Both the position numbers and the translations under genes were made by a program. Below the pieces are notes generated by a model that saw nothing but the letters and a program-made list of their open reading frames with translations, did no database searches and was not told the origin of the DNA. From positions 1 to 54,615 of the forward strand of contig JAHIME010000003.1 in NCBI GenBank assembly GCA_018896595.1: DNA of 54,615 nt. The letters are read 5' to 3'. This stretch comes from Patescibacteria group bacterium (GTDB lineage: Bacteria; Patescibacteriota; Patescibacteriia; Patescibacteriales; VMTK01). This document shows, piece after piece, positions 1 through 8,544 of the stretch; the first letter of the stretch is position 1; every line of letters begins with the position of its first letter.

Positions 1-348
1 CCCCAGGCAAGGGGAAAAAGAAAATCCCAAGTATCCTATGGGGCGGCTGATTTCCCCAAAAAACCGATACCCCTTACGAGGTATCTCCACGTCCTCGTCA
101 ACGGCCTCGCCCATGCGCCACTCTTCAAGGCCGAGGCTGAGCTTTAAGCCAGGCAAATTGGAAAAATCACTGAGATTGGCTTGAATCCCAATCCCGATGC
201 ATGACTTATGCCCTTCGCTTTCACCATTTTCTTTCCATTCCATCCCTGCCGCCCTTAAAGACGGCTCCACTTCAACATCAACCGCGTAAGCGAAAGATGC
301 CAATCCGAGAAACAACACCGCCAATACTGCCGCACATGCCTTTTTCAT
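1..348 (-). CDS. hypothetical secreted protein, N-terminal part (runs off the left edge)
   Basis: Absent from the ORF track because no stop lies in the window. Minus-strand ATG at 346-348 sits 8 nt after GGAGGA (357-362). Translates MKKACAAVLAVLFLGLASFAYA/VDVEV..., a Sec-type signal peptide, and stays open to position 1. Visibly GC-richer than the rest of the window. Confidence 0.5.
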   Translation of the reverse strand, partial: MKKACAAVLAVLFLGLASFAYAVDVEVEPSLRAAGMEWKENGESEGHKSCIGIGIQANLSDFSNLPGLKLSLGLEEWRMGEAVDEDVEIPRKGYRFFGEISRPIGYLGFSFSPCLG

Positions 349-422
349 ACCCATATCCTCCTTTTGTTTTTTAAACAAAAAATCAAGAATTTTTAAAATC
401 CTTAATTCTTGTTTAGTTTTAT

Positions 423-450
423 ATTATAGCTGATTATCAACTTTTGTCAA
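423..450 (-). promoter_or_regulatory. consensus sigma70-like promoter
   Basis: The minus strand reads TTGACA (445-450), a 16-nt spacer, then TATAAT (423-428), about 75 nt upstream of the ATG at 348. Confidence 0.5.
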
Positions 451-496
451 GGATGATAAAAAATAGCTAATTCTGCATAAAAATCAAACTTTCTAA

Positions 497-1432
497 TTAA
501 AGCGGCATCGGCGCTATTTCCCGCGAATCTTTATCGCGAACTTTTTGGCCCAGGCACTGGTAGCCGGCTTCATGGGGCCAGCGGTCTTTGTAATCATAAT
601 TACCATAAATAACATCTTCATCCTTATTTGAAGTTATAAATGCGACGCACAATTCATAAGTGTTTTCGTTGATTATTTTATATTCAAACTTTTCTTTTGT
701 CGCGGGATTTTCCAAGTCTTTATCGGTAATATAGGTAAACTCGGTTTTTAATTCTTCCAAATCGGCCGGCAATTTTTCGTAATCTTGATAATAAGTATTA
801 AGAGCGCCGTCAACTTTTTGAAAATTGTCTAAAATAGCATTGTCGTATTTTCTGTTCCTTGTTTCCGTTGGCGATTCAACAAAGAAAAGAGAAGCGACAA
901 AGACGGCCGCAACCGCGGCCAAAGAGCAATAAAAATAAATCCGTATGACTTTGTCTTTCTTGCCGGCCGGCTCTTCTCTTTTTATGTCGTAAAAATAAAA
1001 AGTAAATATCGCCGCGGCAATAACTATGGCAGTCATGGCTTTTAAAATAAACTTTATCGTAAGCTCGCCGTCCAAAAAATTATTTATCACGGCTATCAGC
1101 CAGCCCAGCATCACGACCGACGCGACAAAAAGAATAAAATAAGTAAGCCATTTGCGGATTCCCGAATCTTTGCTTAAAGCGCCGGAATAGAGATTTTTAA
1201 AAATCTGGCGCATTGTAAGATAATAAATCGGCGCGGCAATGATTATCGCCGAAATGGCGAATTTAAGCTGGTCCGGCGAAAAGCTAACGCTGTACTGGCT
1301 TAAGACATCAACTATTTTTTTATTAATAATTTGAAAAATAATCATGCCGCCCGCGAGCGCCATAAATACGAGCGCCACCAGGGACAGCATGTAGAAAAAA
1401 GCGAATTTAGCCGAGTTGTTTTGCGTGTCCAT
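497..1432 (-). CDS. multi-pass membrane protein (DUF5671-like N-terminus) with a pilin-like C-terminal globular domain
   Basis: 311-aa ORF with several hydrophobic helices. The C-terminal segment ...LPADLEEL...YEYKIINENTYELCVAF... resembles the type IV pilin-like domains common in CPR. Family assignment is from memory only. Confidence 0.6.
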   Translation of the reverse strand: MDTQNNSAKFAFFYMLSLVALVFMALAGGMIIFQIINKKIVDVLSQYSVSFSPDQLKFAISAIIIAAPIYYLTMRQIFKNLYSGALSKDSGIRKWLTYFILFVASVVMLGWLIAVINNFLDGELTIKFILKAMTAIVIAAAIFTFYFYDIKREEPAGKKDKVIRIYFYCSLAAVAAVFVASLFFVESPTETRNRKYDNAILDNFQKVDGALNTYYQDYEKLPADLEELKTEFTYITDKDLENPATKEKFEYKIINENTYELCVAFITSNKDEDVIYGNYDYKDRWPHEAGYQCLGQKVRDKDSREIAPMPL

Positions 1433-1437
1433 AATTT

Positions 1438-3240
1438 TTAATTATTTAAATTTTTTAAATTTAACTCTTTAAGATGCTTCTCGCTTACTTCGCTCGGGCT
1501 GTCCATCATCACATCGCGCGCCTGGCCGTCCTTTGGAAATGCGTAAATGTCGCGGATTGATTCGCAATCAAATAAAATCATCATAATGCGGTCAATGCCG
1601 GGCGCGGCTCCCCCATGCGGCGGAGCGCCGTATTCAAAAGCGCGGACCATATGGCCGAATTTCTTGTCCACCTCTTCTTTAGCATAGCCGGCTATTTCAA
1701 ACGCCTTGTACATAATATCGGGTTCATGATTGCGGATGGCGCCGGAAGAAACTTCGTAGCCGTTGCAGACAATATCATATTGATAGGCCAGAATGTCCAA
1801 AGGATTTTTTTCCTCAAGCGCTTTAAGCCCGCCCTGGGGCATGGAAAACGGATTATGGGAAAAATCAATTTTTCCTTCTTCCAGCTCGGAATAATCATAC
1901 ATCGGATAATCATAAATCCAGCACCAAGCCGCGATTTTTTCGTCTTTTAAGCCCAAACGGGCCCCGCATTCGTTTCGCGCCGCGCCCAAGCAAGCGCAAA
2001 CTATTCTCCAGCTGTCGGCGCCGAAAAAAATTATATCGCCCGGCTTGCCGCCAACCTCTTTGACAATTTTGTCAGCCAGCTTATCACCTAAAAATTTTAT
2101 TATAGGCGATTTTAATTCAAATAACTTTGAACTTTGAACTTTGAACTTTGAACTTATTATAATATATGCCAAACCTTTCGCGCCCTTGCTTTTGGCTATT
2201 TCGGTTAACTCGTCAATTTCCTTGCGGCTGAATTTCGCGCCGTTATCAACTTTCAAGGCGTGGACCACTCCCCCGCTTTTTATCGCCTCGGCGAACACCG
2301 CGAAGCCGCAATCTTTAACCAAATTCGTAATAGGTATAATTTCCAAACCAAAGCGCAAATCCGGCTTATCCGTGCCGTATTTGTTCATTGAATCCATATA
2401 AGTTACGCGGGGGAAGGGCTTGCTTAAAACTTTTTTCTTGCTGAACTTTTCAGTTAGCTCAATCATCAGCGGCTCAACCGCCTGCCAGACATCTTCCTGC
2501 TCCACAAAGCTCATTTCCATGTCAATCTGGTAAAAATCCCCCGGATGCCTGTCGGCGCGCGGGTCCTCGTCGCGGAAGCAAGGAGCAATCTGGAAATACT
2601 TGTCAAAGCCGGCTACCATTAATAACTGCTTAAACTGCTGGGGCGCCTGGGGCAGGGCGTAGAACTTTCCCGGATAAATTCGCGAAGGCACCAAATAATC
2701 GCGCGCCCCTTCCGGCGAGGAATTTGCCAAAATCGGCGTCTGTATTTCTATAAAATCCCGCTCATGGAAATAGTCGCGGACATATTGCATTAATTGGTCG
2801 CGCTTAATTAAAATTTCCCGCAGTCTTTCCCTGCGCAGGTCCAAAAAGCGATATTTCAGCCGAATATGCTCGTTGGCCTCGCCGGCTTTTTCCTCGTCAA
2901 TTTCAAAAGGCGGAGTTTTTGACTCCGATAAAATTTTCAGTTCAAAGCATTCCACTTCAATTTCCCCTGTTTTTAATTTTTTATTAACCATACCGGCCGG
3001 CCGCGCCGCCACTTTTCCTTTAATTTTTATCACCCATTCGGCGCGCAATTTGTCGGCTTCTTGCCAGGCCTCTTTTCGCGCTTCCGGGTCAAAGGTGAGC
3101 TGGGTCAGGCCGTAGCGGTCGCGCAAATCAATAAAAATAATGCCGCCATGGTCGCGCCGGCGATGCACCCAGCCGGCCAATTCAACGGTTTCGCCGGCTT
3201 CTTTTTTGGTTAATTCTCCGCAAGTATGCGTTCTCAACAT
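1438..3240 (-). CDS. aspS: aspartyl-tRNA synthetase
   Basis: 600 aa. N-terminal OB fold (GWVHRRRDHGGIIFIDLRDRYG) and class II motifs (FYQIDMEMSF, GGAAPGIDR). Confidence 0.95.
   Translation of the reverse strand: MLRTHTCGELTKKEAGETVELAGWVHRRRDHGGIIFIDLRDRYGLTQLTFDPEARKEAWQEADKLRAEWVIKIKGKVAARPAGMVNKKLKTGEIEVECFELKILSESKTPPFEIDEEKAGEANEHIRLKYRFLDLRRERLREILIKRDQLMQYVRDYFHERDFIEIQTPILANSSPEGARDYLVPSRIYPGKFYALPQAPQQFKQLLMVAGFDKYFQIAPCFRDEDPRADRHPGDFYQIDMEMSFVEQEDVWQAVEPLMIELTEKFSKKKVLSKPFPRVTYMDSMNKYGTDKPDLRFGLEIIPITNLVKDCGFAVFAEAIKSGGVVHALKVDNGAKFSRKEIDELTEIAKSKGAKGLAYIIISSKFKVQSSKLFELKSPIIKFLGDKLADKIVKEVGGKPGDIIFFGADSWRIVCACLGAARNECGARLGLKDEKIAAWCWIYDYPMYDYSELEEGKIDFSHNPFSMPQGGLKALEEKNPLDILAYQYDIVCNGYEVSSGAIRNHEPDIMYKAFEIAGYAKEEVDKKFGHMVRAFEYGAPPHGGAAPGIDRIMMILFDCESIRDIYAFPKDGQARDVMMDSPSEVSEKHLKELNLKNLNN
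2123..2155. repeat. heptamer tandem repeat AACTTTG x4 plus a partial copy, inside the aspS coding sequence
   Basis: Perfect copies at 2123, 2130, 2137 and 2144. Encodes SSKFKVQSSKLFE on the minus strand. Confidence 0.9.
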
Positions 3241-3331
3241 ATAAAAAGTTATATAATTTATACTTATATCCTACCTCATTTTCCCAATTTTAGCAAGAAA
3301 AAAGCCGGCTTTAGCGTTTCCGCCAAATCGG

Positions 3332-3613
3332 CTATTTGATATAAGTGATTCCTCCTTTTAAATTATTGTTTACTATGATTTTTTCTCCTGTTTTTCTGTT
3401 TGTCAGTAAAATTTTTCTTGCCGACAATTTTTTTCGCGACAAATCTCCTTCCCTTATTCTCCTTTTTAAACTTTTTTTGCTTATGGGTTTAAAAAAACCG
3501 GATCGCTCAACGCATCTGCCGATATAATGCCAGCTCTCTTGTCCGCTTGAGCTTAATATTGGCAGCTTTTCCTTTTTTCTCGCATGCTTTTTTCTTTCGT
3601 TCCTGATACCCAA
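3332..3613 (-). CDS. basic 93-codon ORF, in frame with the upstream ORF across one TGA; doubtful as an independent gene
   Basis: The track start is TTG (3611-3613) and the ORF contains no ATG at all. It shares the reading frame of 3620-3904 (3904 minus 3613 is 291, divisible by 3). Confidence 0.3.
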   Translation of the reverse strand: MGIRNERKKHARKKEKLPILSSSGQESWHYIGRCVERSGFFKPISKKSLKRRIREGDLSRKKLSARKILLTNRKTGEKIIVNNNLKGGITYIK

Positions 3614-3619
3614 TTTACA

Positions 3620-3904
3620 TCACCGCCTTTTGTTATTTTTTTTCTCCTGTGGACAATCTATACAAGAAAAACTCCACCACTTTTCTTTTAAAAAATCATC
3701 GGAACATTCTCTGTAATACTTGCATAATGACCACCTTAGTTCAGCAACCAACTTTTGGTATTTTAACTGACAAAGTCTTCCAGGGGATTTTATTTCCGTT
3801 ATTACAGCTGTTATGTTATTATAAAGATTTAATTCTTTTTTAACACCCGTTTTAAATTCGTATTTCAGGTTTAATGTAACTACAATTATTTTTTCGCTAT
3901 TCAT
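3620..3904 (-). CDS. hypothetical Cys-containing small protein
   Basis: 94-aa ORF whose ATG is preceded by a strong SD (AAGGAGGAGGGAGAAG, 3905-3922). Ends in TGA at 3620-3622. Confidence 0.5.
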   Translation of the reverse strand: MNSEKIIVVTLNLKYEFKTGVKKELNLYNNITAVITEIKSPGRLCQLKYQKLVAELRWSLCKYYRECSDDFLKEKWWSFSCIDCPQEKKNNKRR

Positions 3905-3926
3905 CTTCTCCCTCCTCCTTTTCGCG

Positions 3927-4652
3927 TTAGCAATAAATAAAATTATAAAAAGAGCATATTATATCGTTTATTTCTTTAATTAGCTTATCATTGATTTTTA
4001 ATTTTATCAGTTTATTCAAATCGCTTTCAACCGCCAATCTTAACACTTTAATGCAATCGGCGGAAATTGGCAAGACATGCTTGTTTTTATTATTTTTTTG
4101 GCAACTTGCGCAAACCAAACCGCCTTTGGATAAATTAAATTGGTTGCCCGCGGGCAAAATTTTATTTCCGCAAATCACGCAATTGTGCAGCTCGGGCCGA
4201 TAACCCAACTCTGCCAACATATTTAATGTAAAAAAATGATAAAATAACTGATACCTGATAACTGATAACTTATTTTCATTTAATGTTTCTAAAAAATCTT
4301 GCAACAATTCAAATAACTTCTCTCCTTTTTCGCCCGGTTTGACTGATTTATTAAAAATGGCAACGGCTTGAGCGGCAAAAAACAGCTTTTCCAAATCGGT
4401 TTTTATGTTATAGTGGCAATTTTGGCTGATCGCGGCGCCGATATAATCATACTGCCTGCCCCGCGCCACCATTAAATCGGAAAGATTGAACGGCTCAAGG
4501 TGTCCGGCTAATTTTGAAGAAATCTTTTTTGTTCCCCGCGCCACCAAATCAATCTTGCCCCTGTCGCGGCTGTAAACAATAACTCGGCAATCATTTTCCC
4601 TGAACGGCTGGCGGCTTAAAATTATCGCCTTTGTTTGATAAGTAGCTTCCAT
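3927..4652 (-). CDS. recO: DNA repair protein RecO
   Basis: N-terminal OB-fold pattern (AIILSRQPFRENDCRVIVYSRDRGKI) and a C-terminal CxxC...CxxC zinc motif (CVICG...CASC). Confidence 0.88.
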   Translation of the reverse strand: MEATYQTKAIILSRQPFRENDCRVIVYSRDRGKIDLVARGTKKISSKLAGHLEPFNLSDLMVARGRQYDYIGAAISQNCHYNIKTDLEKLFFAAQAVAIFNKSVKPGEKGEKLFELLQDFLETLNENKLSVIRYQLFYHFFTLNMLAELGYRPELHNCVICGNKILPAGNQFNLSKGGLVCASCQKNNKNKHVLPISADCIKVLRLAVESDLNKLIKLKINDKLIKEINDIICSFYNFIYC

Positions 4653-4665
4653 AAATTAATTTCTA

Positions 4666-5040
4666 TTAATTTCTATCCAAGTAATTCTGCAGTATCAGCA
4701 TCGCCGCGATCGCGTCGCGCGACGCCTTAACTTTCTTGCCGCCGATTAGGGCATCGGCCGCCTTGCTAGTCAGCCGCTCGTCAATTGTTTTAATCGGAAT
4801 ATTTATTTTCTTTTTCAGCGAATTTAAAAATTCTAAAAACTCATCTTGCATTTTTAATTTTGCGTTTCGCATCTTTAACGGAGCGCCGACAACAACCATG
4901 CCTATCTCATCGTCTTTTATAGTCTTTATTATCTCGTTAATGCCGCCAACAACCTTAAAAGGCGTAGCTATTTTTGTCTCGCTATCGCCAAGCGCCAAAC
5001 CGATTCTTTTTTCTCCCCAGTCTATTCCTAAATACCTCAT
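4666..5040 (-). CDS. ruvX: Holliday junction resolvase-like protein YqgF/RuvX
   Basis: MRYLGIDWGEKRIGLALGD N-terminus and a size of 124 aa. Confidence 0.9.
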   Translation of the reverse strand: MRYLGIDWGEKRIGLALGDSETKIATPFKVVGGINEIIKTIKDDEIGMVVVGAPLKMRNAKLKMQDEFLEFLNSLKKKINIPIKTIDERLTSKAADALIGGKKVKASRDAIAAMLILQNYLDRN

Positions 5041-5051
5041 AAAATATGCTT

Positions 5052-5855
5052 TTACAAAAAAGTAAGTACTTCACACCCTTTCTCTGTAACCACGACGGTG
5101 TGTTCAAAATGGGCGCTTAAACCGCCGTCGGCAGTTAATATGGTAAGTCCGTCTCTGCCGGTTTTAATTTTCCAGCCCCCCGCGTTAACCATGGGCTCTA
5201 TGGCTATAGTCATGCCCGGTTTTAAAATAATATTTTCTCCCGAGCGCTCGGAACCATCCGAAATTTCATAGTTGGGCACTTGCGGCTCTTCATGCACGGC
5301 CGTGCCGACGCCATGGCCGACCAGCTCGCGCACCACGGAAAAACCCTGCTTTTCAACATATTGCCGGATCGCCCTGCCGATATCATTTAAAGTATTGCCC
5401 GGCTTAACTTGTTTAATGGCCAGCTCCAAGGATTTTTTTGTTACATTGATTAATTTTTTCGCCGGCTTGCTAATTTTGCCTATCGCCGCGGTAACCGCCA
5501 TATCGGTGTAATAACCGCGCGTATTTTTCCCATAGGGGTATTCCATGCCTAAATCCAGGCCGATTATATCGCCTTGATTTAATTCGCGCGGCGGCAAAGC
5601 CGGAGCATGAACTACTTCGTTATTTATTGAAACGCATAAAGCGGTGGGAAAAGCGCGCGCGTCGCGCATTGACTTATAGCCCTTGAAAGAAGGCCTGCCT
5701 CCCGCGGCTTTAATCAAATCGCAAGCCGTTTTTTCCAAATGGCCCGTGGTCGCGCCCGGCTTCGCCGCGATAGCTACTTGTTTTAAAATTTCCGCTAAAA
5801 TCCTGCCGCCGCGGCGCATTATTTCAATTTCTTTTTCCGTTTTAATTATTATCAT
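5052..5855 (-). CDS. map: methionine aminopeptidase type I
   Basis: 267 aa with the typical EIEIMRRGGRI..., DIIGLDLG and HGVG...HEEP motifs. Confidence 0.93.
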   Translation of the reverse strand: MIIIKTEKEIEIMRRGGRILAEILKQVAIAAKPGATTGHLEKTACDLIKAAGGRPSFKGYKSMRDARAFPTALCVSINNEVVHAPALPPRELNQGDIIGLDLGMEYPYGKNTRGYYTDMAVTAAIGKISKPAKKLINVTKKSLELAIKQVKPGNTLNDIGRAIRQYVEKQGFSVVRELVGHGVGTAVHEEPQVPNYEISDGSERSGENIILKPGMTIAIEPMVNAGGWKIKTGRDGLTILTADGGLSAHFEHTVVVTEKGCEVLTFL

Positions 5856-6543
5856 ACATCGCTCTTTCCGCTAACTCTTTTATAATATTATTTTGAACTT
5901 GATTAATATTTTGTTCCCCGTCTATTTCAATCAACTTATCACTTTTCTCAAAATAATCAAGCAGGGGCTTTATTTTTTGATGATATAATTTTAATCTATC
6001 GGCAATCAATTTCGGCTTGTCATCATGCCTGATATATAATTTCTTGCCGCACAAATCGCAAAGACCGCTCTTTTTCGGCGGATTGTATATTAAATGGTAA
6101 GCGGCGCCGCAGTCGCAAACTCTTCTGCCGCCCAGCCGGCGCTTTACTTCCTTGTCGCTCACATTAATTAAAATCGCGCGAACATAATCTTGCCTGCCTT
6201 GCCTGCAGGCAGGCTTGCCGGCAATTTTTTCCAATTTTTTAATTAAAAAATCAAGCTGCGCCCTTTTTCTGGGGTAGCCGTCAAAAACGATTCCCGCCCG
6301 AGCGTCAAATCTTTTAAAGCATTTGAGAATAATTTTTTCAATAATTTCGTCGGGAACTAATTTGCCGGAATCTATAATCGGCTTTATTTTCCTGCCTATC
6401 GCCGTATTTGAATCTTCCTCGTGCCTTAATAATTCTCCCGGCGAAACAACGGGAAGATTTAATTTCTTGGCCAGCATATCGGCCTGCGTACCTTTGCCTG
6501 AACCGGGAGGGCCAAAAAAGATGAGAAATGTTTTTTGAGACAT
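5842..6543 (-). CDS. adk: adenylate kinase (zinc-lid type)
   Basis: P-loop GPPGSGKGTQ and lid CDCG...CDLCG. Overlaps the map start by 14 nt. Confidence 0.95.
   Translation of the reverse strand: MSQKTFLIFFGPPGSGKGTQADMLAKKLNLPVVSPGELLRHEEDSNTAIGRKIKPIIDSGKLVPDEIIEKIILKCFKRFDARAGIVFDGYPRKRAQLDFLIKKLEKIAGKPACRQGRQDYVRAILINVSDKEVKRRLGGRRVCDCGAAYHLIYNPPKKSGLCDLCGKKLYIRHDDKPKLIADRLKLYHQKIKPLLDYFEKSDKLIEIDGEQNINQVQNNIIKELAERAMYDNN
6192..6214. repeat. 23-nt GC-rich hairpin element inside adk
   Basis: GCCTGCC TTGCCTGCA GGCAGGC. It matches 14817-14839 in rplX at 22 of 23 positions. Confidence 0.85.
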
Positions 6544-6571
6544 AAAAATATAAAACTCTAAATTCTAAATC

Positions 6572-7201
6572 CTATATCGGCAAAATCGTAATCGGCGGCG
6601 CGGCAGGAGGTTCCGGCGGGTTATTTTTATCATCGCCGGTTGGAGGATTGCCCGTACCGCCTATTGTTTGAAACTTAGACCGCCCCGGCGCGCCGGCCGG
6701 CTGATTGTCTTGCCCTGTTTGCGGCGCCTGTCCCGGGCCGGCAAATCCGGTGTTAGAGCCATGGCCGGCGGCCTGTCCAGCAAATCCTTGATTATATCCA
6801 TCGCCTTTATACCAGCCGCCTTTTTGCCTTTTATATTCATCTGTTTCCTCGGCAGACCTTTTGCCTAAATAAATATTTACTTTTTCTTTTTTTTCAGCCG
6901 CTTTTTTCGCCATTTTCTGTTCATGAAGGCTTTTTTCGCCTTTGCCAAAAATTTCACTTTCAATTTTTTTCCTTTTTTTATCCTGCAAACCAAGTCCTTT
7001 AAAATACTTCTCCCTTTGCTCTTTACTTTTGTCTTTCAAGGCGCGAGCCAACACCTCCTTAGCCTTGATATTTGTCGGCACTTTTTCTCCCGCTCCTTTA
7101 AGCTTTTCTCTTAAATTTCCTATACCCCGTAAATTTCCTATATCCTTGCCGCTGAATCTGCGGTTGATTTCGGCAAGGGAAAATGATGATTTTACAGACA
7201 T
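6572..7201 (-). CDS. hypothetical protein with a K/E-rich middle and a G/P/Q-rich low-complexity C-terminus
   Basis: 209-aa ORF co-directional with the ABC pair. No recognisable domain. Confidence 0.5.
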   Translation of the reverse strand: MSVKSSFSLAEINRRFSGKDIGNLRGIGNLREKLKGAGEKVPTNIKAKEVLARALKDKSKEQREKYFKGLGLQDKKRKKIESEIFGKGEKSLHEQKMAKKAAEKKEKVNIYLGKRSAEETDEYKRQKGGWYKGDGYNQGFAGQAAGHGSNTGFAGPGQAPQTGQDNQPAGAPGRSKFQTIGGTGNPPTGDDKNNPPEPPAAPPITILPI

Positions 7202-7211
7202 AGAATTTATT

Positions 7212-7246
7212 GGTCTTATAAGACTTATTAGACTTATCAGACTTAT
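7212..7246. repeat. 9-bp tandem repeat (N)AGACTTAT x4
   Basis: Copies start at 7212 (degenerate), 7221, 7230 and 7239. The last copy overlaps the permease stop codon (7243-7245). Confidence 0.85.
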
Positions 7247-8454
7247 TTATATCTTAAAGCTTCTAAGCAATTTATTTTCGCGGCCCGGCTTGCCGGATAA
7301 ATGCCGGTTATCAGCCCGACAACGGTGGAAAAAATTATGACAAAAAAGATAAACCAAATCGGCGTGTAAAACAAATCAATCTTCTCGCCGCCGAAAGCTT
7401 TGGCCAAGAAATTAATGCCGTAATTGAAAACCTCGCCGCCCGTCATTCCGATGATTATACCTCCGACTCCGCCGAAAAAACCGATTATAAAAGACTCGCC
7501 CAAAAACATATTCCAGATATCCATGCCGGTCGCTCCCAGCGTTTTCATAATGCCGATCTCCTGCGTTCGTTCAAGCAAGGCGATGGTCATGGTATTAAAC
7601 ATGCCGATGGCGCTTACCAACAAAGCGATTATGCCGAATAAAGCCAAGACTATTTGCGCGGTCCTGAAAATCTGGTTCGCCTGTTCAATAATATCCGACA
7701 GCGCGCTTACCATATATCCCCGCTCTATGATGGATTCCCTTACCGGATTTAAATTATCTTTATAATCAACTTTAACCTTCAACCTGCCATAGTCTTCAAC
7801 GTTTAACTTCTGGATAATGCCAAAAGGCAAATAAACATAATTGGAGTTTTCCTCTTCTATAATGCCTATTATTTGAAATTCCTGGTCTAATTTTACCGTG
7901 TTTCTGGACAATTTCTCGCCGTTTTCGTCTTTATCGGGCAAAAATAAGGTAAAGCCGATTTTTTTATTGTCAAAACAATTGTTTTCATCCAAATTAAAAA
8001 GCTTTAAAGCGGACGAGGAAATAATAATTTTATTCATATCCTGCTCGCTGTCGGAATAAAAATTTCCCTTTTTCAGCATCGTCCCCTCCAAATTGAAATA
8101 ATCGCTATTGGCAAAATCGGTAACTAATTCGGAAGAGATGTCCGATACATTCATTTGCGAAGTTATGGAAACTAACGGGCTTATTTTTTCAACCCCGGCG
8201 ATTTTTTTAATATCCTCCACCGATTCATTGTTTAATTTTAAGCCGGCCGCATCGCCCGTGCTTACATCCAAGCTAAGCAAAGATTCAGAGGTGGTGATCT
8301 GGCCTAAAATCAGCCTCTGCAAGCCGTAACCCATGGAAACCAAAAACAATATGGTGCCGATGCCGACGCTGATGCCTAATATGGTCAAAATAGTTCTGGA
8401 ACGGTTGGTTCTGAACATTCTGGTTGATAATCTTAAGATGTCCGCGACTAACAT
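7243..8454 (-). CDS. ABC transporter permease, FtsX/MacB-like
   Basis: 403 aa: N-terminal TM, a large extracytoplasmic domain and a C-terminal 3-TM FtsX-type domain (...LERTQEIGIMKTLGAT...). Confidence 0.85.
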   Translation of the reverse strand: MLVADILRLSTRMFRTNRSRTILTILGISVGIGTILFLVSMGYGLQRLILGQITTSESLLSLDVSTGDAAGLKLNNESVEDIKKIAGVEKISPLVSITSQMNVSDISSELVTDFANSDYFNLEGTMLKKGNFYSDSEQDMNKIIISSSALKLFNLDENNCFDNKKIGFTLFLPDKDENGEKLSRNTVKLDQEFQIIGIIEEENSNYVYLPFGIIQKLNVEDYGRLKVKVDYKDNLNPVRESIIERGYMVSALSDIIEQANQIFRTAQIVLALFGIIALLVSAIGMFNTMTIALLERTQEIGIMKTLGATGMDIWNMFLGESFIIGFFGGVGGIIIGMTGGEVFNYGINFLAKAFGGEKIDLFYTPIWFIFFVIIFSTVVGLITGIYPASRAAKINCLEALRYK

Positions 8455-8544
8455 AAGTTATTCGCTTCGCGAACCCGCAACTACAAATGCGGGACATGCG
8501 AATGGTAATATTAAAATCCTTTTATATTGAAATAATTATTAAAT

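Noticed and set aside
3620-3622. The in-frame TGA read as selenocysteine.
   Set aside because: I could see no SECIS-like hairpin immediately downstream and no selenoprotein context. A pseudogene or two separate genes is more parsimonious, and the locus is kept as an open finding.
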